Assembly: GCF_048593235.1 (NCBI RefSeq)
Contig: NC_133617.1
Location: forward strand, 664,000,958 to 664,064,957
Reading direction: 5' to 3'
DNA: 64,000 nucleotides
DNA from: Sminthopsis crassicaudata
Taxonomy: Eukaryota
Shown here: positions 1-11,034 of the stretch, one piece after another
Layout of the letters: every line of letters starts with the position of its first letter
Numbering within the stretch: the first letter of the stretch is position 1
Translations under genes and position numbers: made by a program
Notes under the pieces: generated by a model
Seen by the model: only the letters and a program-made list of their open reading frames with translations
Databases searched by the model: none
What the model was told of the DNA's origin: nothing

Positions 1-577
1 TGTCCCAATTTTTGCACATTCCTTCTATAGCATCTGATATTTTCCTTTTCTGTTACTTTAGTCAATTTGATAGTTATGAGGTGTCATCTTGGATTTTGAT
101 TTGCATTTCTTTAATCAGTAGGGATTTGGAGCAATTTTTCCATGTGACTGTTGATTGTCTTGCTACTTCTCTGAAAACTGCCTGTTCATATATGTTTGCA
201 ATTTATTAGTTGAATAATAGTTCTTGGGTTTTTTTTATAATTTTGGCTGAGGTTCATATATATTTGAAAAATGAGACCTTTACCAGATAAATTTTTTGTA
301 GATTTTCTTTCTAATTTTGGTCACATAAATTTTATTTGTACAAAACCTTAATTGCATTAATCAAATTATCCATTTTACTTGTAATCTCCTATCTGTTGTT
401 TGATCATAAACTTGCTTATCCATAGATCTAGCATACATTTTTCCATGCTCCTCTAATCTCCTTATATCATCTTTATGTCTAAATCATTTATCCATTTTGA
501 CTTTGTCATAGTGTATATAGAGTGAGATGTTGATCTATGCCAAATTTCTTCCAATAATTTTCCAATTTTCCTAGCAT
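1..577 (-). mobile_element. Decayed LINE-1 ORF2 3'-region fragment (runs off window start)
   Basis: Motifs such as 'ttttgatttgcatttctttaat', 'aactgcctgttcatat' and 'atccattttgact' resemble antisense mammalian L1 ORF2; no intact ORF. Confidence 0.75.
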
Positions 578-1108
578 ATATTGTAAGCTCTTGGAGGGCA
601 GGAACTATATACTAAATTTGTCTCCTTAATTAGTTAATGAATGAATAAAATTGTTAATACTAAAATGTGTTGATACTTAAATGAAGATTTGTGGTTGATA
701 TAGCATTGTATCATAAAAAATAACATGATACCCACCAATGCAGTTGTTGTAGGCTGAAAAAAGACATTTTCATTTGGTTTAGTGGCTGGTATTTATATTC
801 AGTGATAGGCCAAATAAGATGATAGTCTTTATGTGTTTAATTATGTAGAATATAATCCCCTCTACCATTGTTGTAGCATCAAAGTTTCACTGAAACACTA
901 CAAATATTAGAGTTTAAATCCTTATGCTTTATTCAGATTGCACGTTTTAAAATCATCTTTATTACAGTTTTAAGAGATTTATATTTTGGGGTTCAGGGAA
1001 AAACAACTCTTAAGCATTGCCTTCTTCCATTTCAAAAAATTCTGTAATATTTACAATTTTTTTTTTCTGTTTTCTTTTACATATGTGTTCTTGGCTGGAT
1101 TACAATAG

Positions 1109-1124
1109 AGAAGAAGAAAATGAG
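1109..1124 (+). CDS. SETD2: SETD2 exon 2 (16-nt micro-exon, encodes EEENE)
   Basis: tacaatag|AGAAGAAGAAAATGAG|gtgagt; matches EEENE preceding (A/G)KIENVQK in SETD2; ends in phase 0, matching exon 3. Confidence 0.9.
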
Positions 1125-1867
1125 GTGAGTACAGTTGAATCTTTTTTTAAAAATTGTGGAATGGCTTGTATTTTAGATTTAGACATAAGCTGCAAATTTC
1201 ATAAGGAATTTCTTGGACTTAACATACATTAAGGATAATTTTGCCTAGTTTAACTCAACCTTTAGTAATTATTAGGTTTCAGGGATTCTGGTCTTTTTTG
1301 TTTTTTAACAAAAACTTAAACTGATTTCAGAATTCTTTGCATTGGTAAATTTACTAAAATGAATTTGGTGATAAATTGACTTCTTGTCAAACTGAATTTT
1401 GTTATATGTCCCATTCTCAAGTTAAAGTACATTTTATTTACAATTTTCTAAGAATTATGGTATCTTAACCTGAATTACTTCCTCATCCCCTATTTCTCAC
1501 ACTTCATAAAAGATTTGTGTTCATTTTTGTGTTTTAAGAAATTAATCTGATATACAAACGCCATTGATATTCCTATTTATAAAAAGCAATGTCAGAAGCT
1601 GTCTAGGTCTTTTTGTCTTTATAGATTTATTTGTGGTAAGGCAAATGTAAGTATTAACTAGAAAAAAGGGAAAAACATTAAATCTTAAGGAAGGGACTAG
1701 GATTGTTAAAAAGCACAAAAAGGTATTATGCACCACCAAAATCATTCTAGAGCCTCTCCCCACATGTTTTCTTTCAAGAGTTGCATTCCTAGTTAGTACA
1801 ATTTGGAGCAGTCTTAAAGATTGTCATATCTACATTTATGTACATAAAAATGGATATGTAATAATGA

Positions 1868-2040
1868 TAATAGGAAGAGCACTTGATGCAAGTCCCGTAG
1901 GAAGCCTAGGTTGTAGTTGTGGCTGCAGCACCAGCTATGGCAGACACTCAGGGAAAAAATTTGAATCTTCTTGGACTTGTTTTTCTCTCCCTATAAAATG
2001 AAGGTATTGTATTAGATTATCTCTTAAGGGCCAATAAAAT
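1868..2040 (+). mobile_element. MIR-type SINE remnant
   Basis: Core-like 'tttttctctccctataaaatgaaggtattgtattagattatctcttaaggg'. Confidence 0.5.
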
Positions 2041-2409
2041 GTATGGTTGGTTTGAGGAGAGTAGCCCTTTTCTGATTTCTGATATTATTAGCTTTTGGTC
2101 TGGATAGTTTTATGTTAATTGTATTAATCACAATCCAAAAGGGCTTTTAATTTACTTAATACAACTTTTTGCTTTTTTCGATAAAGTAGATCCTGAGGAA
2201 TATTTGTGATAAAACTTTTGAAATGCCATCATTTTGGCTCATATTCTCCGACGAATTTCAAGGTTAAAATAAATAGAGGTTTGTTTGGGAGATGCAGCAA
2301 GCCTCCTGTTGATCAGGTTTCTTGGAGTTACTTTGATCTGGGATGGCTCCATAGCTTGCTACCCCTTTCTTCTCTGTGTATGTCTCAGGACTTGGCCTAC
2401 CTGTACCCT

Positions 2410-2560
2410 TGGGTTTGAATCCTGTTTCTGCTATGTACTACCTGTGCAACCTTGGGCAAGTCATATAACTCTTTGAGTCTTGGTTTCCTTATCTGTAAAA
2501 TGAAGGGGTTGAACTAGATAACATCTAAAATCCTTTCAGTCTCTGAACCTATGATCCTGT
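2410..2560 (+). mobile_element. MIR/MIR3 SINE
   Basis: 'gtgcaaccttgggcaagtcatataactctttgagtcttggtttccttatctgtaaaatgaaggggttgaactagat' is a MIR core motif. Confidence 0.75.
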
Positions 2561-3122
2561 GATCTGTTCTCCTGCTTAGTTTTTCTAGTGTTTACTGTGC
2601 AATGGTATATGGGTTTCTGCTTCTCCTTCTACCCTGGTGTTTCTGAGAAAGCATGCCACCCTTTTCAGATTTTCTAAGGGAAACAGAAGCTTAACTAATC
2701 TTCATTTATGCTAACTTCTGTTGTCTGTAGCACTGTCTGTCATCCCCTAGAATTCCCTCTCAGAACTTGTGGCCAAGCCACCTTCATCTTTCCCATATCT
2801 AAGCTCACTCATTATTGAACTTTTCTCAGATTTCCTCACTAGAGGGAGCCCTCATCAGTTCTACCTATTTGCTCATGTTCTCTTTTATTCAACTATCCAG
2901 AATCCTAAGTAGTAGTTTTCCAGGATCTTATAATAATGATTGTATGATGTAAAAAAGATTTATTCATATTATATCACAATTCCCATAGCAAGTAAGAAAG
3001 TCATTTTCTCAGATGATAGAAGGCTTTTGAATTTATTTTCACCGTCCGTTGAAAATTCACACCACGCAGCCCAGTTTAGAGGAACTATTGTAGTAATGAC
3101 TACTTGTTTTTGTTCAATACAG

Positions 3123-6100
3123 GGAAAGATTGAAAATGTGCAGAAAATGGGTTTCATCAAAGGTCCAATGTTCAAGGGTGTTGCATCTAGTCGATTTCTG
3201 CCTAAAGGCACCAAGACAAAGGTGAACCTGGAGGAGCAAGGGCGACAGAAGGTTTCATTCAGCTTCAGCCTTACAAAGAAAACTTTGCAAAACAGGTTTC
3301 TAACAGCACTTGGAAATGATAAGCAAAATGACACTCCAAATTCCCCAGCTGTTCCCCTTCAAGCAGATTTTGTTCCCAAAATTAAAATGGACCCTGCAGA
3401 TACTTCAACTGTTACAGAAGAATCTTCCCCACCAAAACCAAAGGTGGAATTGGGCAAAATCCATTTTAAGAAACATTTGCTTCATGTTACATCTAAGCCA
3501 CTATTAAATGCTGTCACACCAGTAGCAGCATCACCACCTCTTTCCATAATACCATCACCAGTAGTAACAGAATCAGTAGTGGCAGAGTCACCACCACAGT
3601 CACCCCCTCCACCGCCCTCAGCCCTACAAGTTAGAACACCGTCACCACCAGCACCAATATCAGTAACAACAGCCTTGCCACAAATACCAACATCAGTACC
3701 AGTGGGGACATCATTACAATCCCTACCAATAGATGTAGCAATTAAAGCCTCAAAAGAGTCTTTAACTATAGTAATACCAGAATCTTTAGAATTGGACACT
3801 AAGCAAGATACATGTTCTTCTGAACTATTAGATATAATATCTCAGAATGTGTCTGAGAAAGCAGATATATCTCCACAAAAAGAAGACTCCCATATTGGGA
3901 AGGAAGAGGAAACTCCAGATAGTTCAAAGAGTTCTCTGTGTTCTAAAAAAGCAGGTTCTAAGAAGAAATTCTCACAATCTGAAGGCATGTTTCTTGGTTC
4001 AGAATCAGATGAAGATTCTGTACAGACTTCCTCAAGTCAACGGTCACATGATTTTAAGAATTCAGCAAGTATGGAAAAGGAAAGAGATTCAAAAAAAAGC
4101 TTAACTACCTTAAAAGGTGAAGATTTAGGAAAACCTTCAAGATCCAAAACTGAGAGAGATGATAAGCATTTTAGTTACTCAAAACTAGATCGAGATTCTC
4201 GTTATATGTCTTCCCGTTCTAGATCTGAGAGAGAGAGAAGGCGGAGCAGGTCTCGCTCTAGATCTGACAGAGGATCTAGAACTAGTTCTTCCTATTCTCG
4301 ATCAGAGCGTTCACATTACTATGAGTCTGAAAGAAGATACCATAGGAGCTCCCCTTATAGAGAGAGGCCACGATATTCTCGTTCTTATGTAGATAATAGG
4401 ATGAGAGAGAGCTCTGATTCAGAAGAGGAATATAAGAAGATATATTCTAGGTCTAGTGACTCAAGACGTACATCTTCCCATTCTTCATTTTACAGAGACT
4501 CAAGGACATCTTACTCTAAATCTGATCGGGACAGCAAAATTGAATCCTTCCACATGGATACAGAGAAAAGAGGAAAGTATTCCTCAAAACCAGAAAGAGA
4601 ATCAAAAAGGACTTCAGAAAATGAATTAATGAAAAGATGTTGCTCTCCTCCTAATGAAATGGGATGTCGGAGAGGTGCATCTTACTCTAAACATGATAGT
4701 AATGCTTCCCGTAATAAATCTGTCCCATGGAAGAGTACACAAAAGCCTGATAAAATTAAAAGTTCTTTCTGTTGTACAGAATCAACTGAGGAAATTAAGC
4801 ATCAGTCTCACTCTTTAAATTTACAGACTTGTTCAAAATCTAATGAATTAAAAACGGTTGTAAAAATTCCTGAAAGAGATAAAACTTTATGTCCATCTTC
4901 AACAAATCGATTAAATGATTCACCTACTTTTAAAAAGTTAGGTGAATCTCCTATTTTTAAGTCTGAATTTATGGGAAATGATAGCCATGATAGTATTAAG
5001 GAATCAGACACTTTACCTAAAGGAAAACATAATCAATTAAGAACTTATTGTCCCATGGAATTAGATATAAATGGATCTCCTGGGGAGGGATCTGATTTAG
5101 CCACTTTCTGTGTCTCTAAAACTGAGGATATTTTTACGTCTTCAGATGATAGTATAAATAGATCAGAGGTATCTCCTTTGATAAAAACTAATAAATCATG
5201 TGTATTACCATCAAATGGATTTCAAAATGTAAACAGGTCTAAAGAAAAGAATTTGGATGATTCTTCTGTATATCACAGTGAGTTAAACAGCTCACTTAAA
5301 GAAATGGATCCTTCAGTTCCTTCACAAGATAAATTTGGTTCATTTCCAGTTAAAAATGTAGATTTTTCTAAAACAGTTAAAGAGTCAGATGATTTGAGAG
5401 TTTCTTACTGTAAAACCAAAGATTTGGGTTCTTGTAATGATTTAGGTGACAATAGCCCTTGTTTGTATCAACTTGAAACTGAAAATATTGAGCCTGCAGT
5501 TATAAAGGTTGTCCCAAACAGTCTTATGAACCAAGATTCAGAGGTACAGTCTGTAATATATGACAATAAAAACTACAAGACTCTTCATTCAGTACAGTCC
5601 ATAACTGAAGAATCTGAGCAAAATGTTAGGGTAAAGTCATTATCTGTTAACCCTTGTGATTCAAATTCACCTGTAGAAAGTTCAAGTGTTGCTTCAGTGT
5701 GTAGTCCTACATTAGGAATCAAAGTAGACAATACACCTGTTAAACAACACACTGAGGAGAACTTGTCTCTTGGTTTGGATACTGTTCTACAAAACCAAAG
5801 CACAGAATTTCTCAAACACGCAGGAATAGAAATAATAGAATTGGATGAACAGCAAATAAATCCTGAAACAGGAAAAAGAATTGTACCCTGGAAGAATAGA
5901 CATAATAGTGGACAGTCTATGGAGTCTTTGCAAGCAGAGGACGTAGAAGAAGAAGCAGATGTCATGCTTCCCAGTGGACGAGAGAGAGCTGCTTCCACAG
6001 AAGGGCTGTTTAACAAACAGGAAGGAAGTAGAAAAATGTTTATTTCTGGTGTTTCTGAGCCTTTGTTTTCATCTTGTGAAATAAGTAGAACTGTAGAAGA

Positions 6101-7549
6101 AGGAGGAAGTAGTATTGCTCGTGGCTCTAAATGTGATAGCAGTGGTAATACATCAGAGTTTGTTTCTCCCATCCATGAAGATTATTCTGATTCTTCACAG
6201 AGCACAAGTGATGAAAGTGATACAGAGGATACAGATTCTGATGACAGCAGTATTCCAAGGAACCGTCTCCAATCTGTTGTTGTTGTGCCAAAGAATTCTA
6301 CTTTGCCCATGGAAGAAACCAGTCCTTGTTCATCTCAGAGCAGCCAAGTTAATAGGCACTATTCTGACCATTGGGAAGATGACAGACCAGAATCAAGTAA
6401 ACCTTATGAAGAAAGATTTGAGGGAATGATGAACAAAAATTGTTCTCAGACCGAGAAGTTCTCTCTTAGCAAGGGAACAGATAAAAGTTCAGATCTTCCT
6501 TATATGGAGCCAAGCAGAAAACACATGGAGGACCTTGAGCTAGAAGGTGCTCAGCCTCAGAGTGATGGGGTTGATAGTACAAGTCAAGCAGATGTTGCAT
6601 CTGATAGAATTGGTCTGAAAAGTCTAGAAGAAAGAACTGTAATTAAAGAGTCCTTGATTATAACTAAACCCATCCTGAGGCAGCAAGAAGAGCTACCAGC
6701 TTATTCTTCTGATGGTTTTGAAGGTGTCCTCACAAAATCTCGGCAACAGAATAATTTCCCTAATAGGCCTGACAGTAGACTAGGAAAAGCAGATTCAGAT
6801 AATTTTTCTTCCTCAGGGGACTTCTCCAGAGTAGATGGTTTCCATTCAGCAGAAGACCTTGGTAATCTGGGTTGGGACTTCTCCCAACCAGAAAAACCCA
6901 GTACCACTTACCAGCAGCCTGATAGCAGCTATGGAATATATACTGGATACAACTACCAACAAAGTACAGAACAATACCGTGGCACACATAATTACTGGCA
7001 AGGCAATGGCTATTGGGATCCAAGATTGGCCAATAGGCCTTCTGGGATGATGTATGATAGAGCACAGGGACATGTACCAGATTCCTTAACAAATGACCAT
7101 GAAGAAGATGAGGAAAATTGGGATGATCCTCGCAGACATCATTTTTCCAATCAATCTGGTAAATTTCTTGCACATCTTCATAAAGAGAAAGGCTCTGTGC
7201 AAGCACATGAAATAAGTAGCAATTCCATTAAAGACCTTTCAATTGTAAATGAAAAGAAAGTCCCTCCAAAGAACCTTGAAAAAGGTGATGTGAAAGATCG
7301 AGGGCCTCCAAAGAAAAGACGGCAGGAATTAGAAAGTGACTCGGAAAGTGATTCTGATATGCAGGACAGGAAAAAAGTGAGAATGGAGGTAGAGCAGTTG
7401 GAAACATTACCCTCAGGTTCAGCATTGGTTGGTCCACTGTGTGTTATGGATGACTTCAGGGACCCACAGCGTTGGAAGGAATGTGCCAGGCAGGGGAAAA
7501 TGCCTTGTTATTTTGACCTTATTGAAGAAAATGTGTACTTAACAGAAAG
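3123..7549 (+). CDS. SETD2: SETD2 exon 3 (4,427 nt; disordered N-terminal region, RS-rich tract, ends at start of pre-AWS region)
   Basis: acag|GGA AAG ATT...ACA GAA AG|gtaagt; translation has SETD2 hallmarks KGPMFKGVASSRFLPKGTKTKVNLEEQGRQKVSFSFSL, RSERERRRSRSRS, DSDDSSIPRNRLQSVVVVPKNS, MDDFRDPQRWKECARQGKMPCYFDLIEENVYLTER. Confidence 0.98.
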
Positions 7550-8469
7550 GTAAGTGACACAGCAGGTACTCAATAACAGTTTGTCTAATTTTTGCATCTC
7601 AAAATTTGGGAATTTAGTTTTTAAAGTTGACAAATTAGAGGTTTAATTGACCCTTATTTTTCATTTTGGGTCATAAAAATTAATTGTCCCTGTTTTGATT
7701 TGTAAAGTAGGGTGTTTTGTAATTAAAAAAATTTGTGTATACTACTTTGTGAAAGAATATGGTCATTTTTGTTTTTTATCTGTTACTTTTTTTTTCTTAC
7801 TTTATAAGTTCAAATTTTTTTTTCTTAAGATTCTTCTGTTGAACTCCTGAATGATATACTTAATTCTTGGAAATTATTCTTCACAGTACTTTTTTTTTTT
7901 AAAGTAGAAACTTTTATAATTTTCTATTGTTCTTTCTGAATTTGAGAAGTCAAATTTTATATATTTTTACATGTATTTATATATATAGATATTATGTATC
8001 TATATATATAAATGCAAAACATATTATTGTCTCACAAATCCACAGTAACAAGTAACTCAATCATAGGGTGTCTATATAATTATCCAAATTAATAAGAATA
8101 TGAAAACACTTCTATTAAAAATTCCTAATATGGCTACCTCTCAGTTTTAAATGTTTCATTAGGTTCCTTTAACTTATTTTTTATGACATAAAAAGAACCT
8201 TCTATTTTAATTATTGTCCTATACATTAATTACCTTTAGAATTTAAGGTTCAAATCTAGATTATTCAGTGCTAGTTACATGATAGAATTAATAGCCTCAC
8301 AAAGGTACATAATTTTTTGAGTCAAAAATAATACATAGAATGGCAATTGAGATTTGGGCTTTTTATCCCTTTTTGGAAAGCTAGATATATATGTATATAT
8401 TGAAATTATCAGATGGAAGAATAAGTGTTAATGTAATTTGAGCATCCTTATTGGGCCAGTGGCTTGCTT

Positions 8470-9850
8470 TTGGAGCTCTAAAATCAGTTGTGAAATCTTA
8501 AGAATTATAAGATACCTTAGAGATTTATTTAGTTGAACTCTCTCACTTGGTGAAAAATCTGTTTTACAGCATCTAAGACGCCATTCACTTTCTGCTTAAA
8601 TTCCCCTAGTAAAAGTGAACTCTTTCTCTTAGGGCAGCCTGTCCTTCATTTGGGTAGTTTTTTCATGAACAAGTTCTTAGGTTAGTCAAAATCTGCCCCC
8701 CCCCCCAATTTTGCCCTTTGGAATAATGAAATTAATCTGCTCCCTTATATGGTAAAAGTCTTTAAGATATTCAGAACTTGTCTTCCTAAGTATTCTCTTT
8801 TACAGCCTAAACTTAACTAGAATTTCTTCAATTCTTCATGGTTTCCAGACAGACCCTTCACATTGGTTACTGTCCTTTGGATAATATTTCATTTTGTACT
8901 CTTTTAAAATATGGCACTGCACCTGAAATAGAAGACCAAATTTCTAACCATTACAAAGTAGAGTAGAAAAACTGCTTCTTCTGATCTAGATGCCTTTTTA
9001 AAAATTTGACCTAAATTTGTGTTATCCTTATTTTTAAATAACTATGTATCACTCAGTTGAAACTGAGGAGCTTTTACTACTTCTGTTATCAAACATAATA
9101 TATTTAATATGAGTAACATCCACATATTGTTGCCAAATAATAATAGATTTGATTGAAATTTTTAGTGAGTACCACTATGCAAATGACTTGGTAACATAAT
9201 GTTGAAAGAAGCCCCAGAGATGTAGTTCAACCCCTTGACAATTCTTAAATCCTAACCATGGTAATCTGGACAAATAATTACGTATTCTTCAATTGAAGGC
9301 CTTCAACCTCATCTCCAGAGGTAACCTACTCTCTTTTTGTTCAGATTGAATATTTTTACCTTAGATTGAATTTAAATTAGCATCTTTATATTTGATATAC
9401 GGCGGATCACCTGGGACCAAACAAGTATAATACCACTTTTACAAGATAGCTTTCTAAATAAACTTTGCCAGTCCTGTCATTTTTCAACAGCCTTTTTATC
9501 ATGCTAAACATCCCTTCAGGTTTAGCTTGGTTGACTTTACTTAGATATGGTAATGTTTGTACCCTCTACATTGTTTTTCTAAACCTGAACATGATTTTTT
9601 CATAGTAATATCACTTCCTTTACTCTGAATACAGTATTCTACTCTGAACTCAGCCTAAAATCTCATGAGTTTGTTTTGTTGTAAAGTTGTAATGACTCAT
9701 TTTGAGCTCCCCAAACCTTTTCATATAAACTGCTAACCGTATTTCACTGTCTTGTTACTTGCACAGTTGATTTCTTTGGACCCAAGTGCACAACTTCATA
9801 TTTTTAGTATACTGAGAAATAGCTCCATAAATAATCCACCTTAGATTAGT
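8470..9850 (-). mobile_element. Ancient L3/CR1-like LINE remnants
   Basis: Pyrimidine-rich decayed sequence with CR1-like segments ('ttttaaaatatggcactgcacctgaaat...', 'cagattgaatattttta'); no ORF; boundaries approximate. Confidence 0.45.
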
Positions 9851-10902
9851 AAAGGATATATTTAATTGGCACAAGCCAGTCATTTTTGACTATTATTTTT
9901 GAAAGTTTGGACATTTGCCACGCTATTTAAATGCTTTACAAAGATACGAACAATTGCATATAAAAAGAAAAAAGACCGTTTAAAATTTAAAGGATTAAAA
10001 TGAGGCTCTTTTCTCCTGTTTGTCAATTAAAGGGAGTATTATTCTGTCCCTTTATGTGGAGATAATTTTGTTCATTTCTTAGTACTGAAAATCTAATGAT
10101 CATCAAACATCATGGTTAAGATAAGAGCAAGGATCATACTACTGGAAGTCATTTAGCTCATTCTCAAGAATCCTTTCTCAATATTTCTTACTAAGAATCC
10201 TGATAGAGTTAAAGTAAGAGGTAGGTAATCGCGCTTTTAGTTGAATATATATTTGCTTTCTTTTCTTGAATTTTTCTATGGATTATTTTTGCACTCAGAA
10301 CAGCCCAACATAGTTGTATGAAAACTACAGAACTGTTAGCTTTATTTATCTTCATTCTATTTTATTAGACACCAGTGAGGAGTAGTTTTGAAGGAGTGCA
10401 AGAAGGGATCCCTAGGCATCCAATAAAGGGTCAATAAACACTTAACTGCATAATCTGTTTTTCCTGCCTTATTTTATGACTTCACCTCTTTCCTCCTGCC
10501 CATGTATCTACTGTTTGTCCTTCAAGACAACTGAATCTGAAACTTGAATTAGCTGATCTTTAATTAGCCTGCTGAGTCACTGTTGTGCATCTCCAGCCTT
10601 TATTTCCTCCTGAGCTTATCCTGAGTCTCTTCAGTAATTTGAGTTATTCAAGAATGAAATCCTAACAGACTTGGAGGAAGGGATCAAGCTCTGGGTTCCA
10701 AGAGTTTTGAATTAACCCATAACATTACTTGTCAAGTCTTTTGACTTGTTATATTGTTTTGAATTCTTATTATTACTAGAGATTTTATCTCATTTAGAAA
10801 ACAAAAAATATACAGTAAATCTATTTAAGGCTATTTGACTTAGAAATATCAGGTATTTCATTTGTTCTTAGTTAACCCATTTTTTAAAATTTTACTTATT
10901 AG

Positions 10903-11034
10903 AAAGAAGAATAAATCCCATCGGGATATCAAGCGAATGCAATGTGAGTGTACACCTGTTTCTAAAGATGATAGAGCTCAAGGAGAAATAGCATGTGGGG
11001 AAGATTGTCTCAATCGTCTCCTCATGATAGAATG
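10903..11034 (+). CDS. SETD2: SETD2 exon 4 (132 nt; AWS domain, KKNKSHRDIKRMQCECTP...CGEDCLNRLLMIE)
   Basis: ttattag|A AAG AAG AAT...ATA GAA TG|gtaaat; phase 2-2; Zn-binding Cys motifs. Confidence 0.97.

Noticed and set aside
1625-1646. Possible 11- or 22-nt micro-exon (tttatag|...gtg|gtaagg or ...aat|gtaagt)
   Set aside because: Motif match only; no supporting branch point or coding logic; expected by chance
2969-7437. Minus-strand and alternative-frame ORFs overlapping exon 3 (up to 195 aa)
   Set aside because: Shadows of the low-complexity SETD2 frame; no recognisable domain or independent splice signals
9398-9415. GGCGGATCACCTG resembling Alu/7SL or the rRNA 3' end
   Set aside because: 13-nt match with no flanking similarity, inside decayed L3-like sequence
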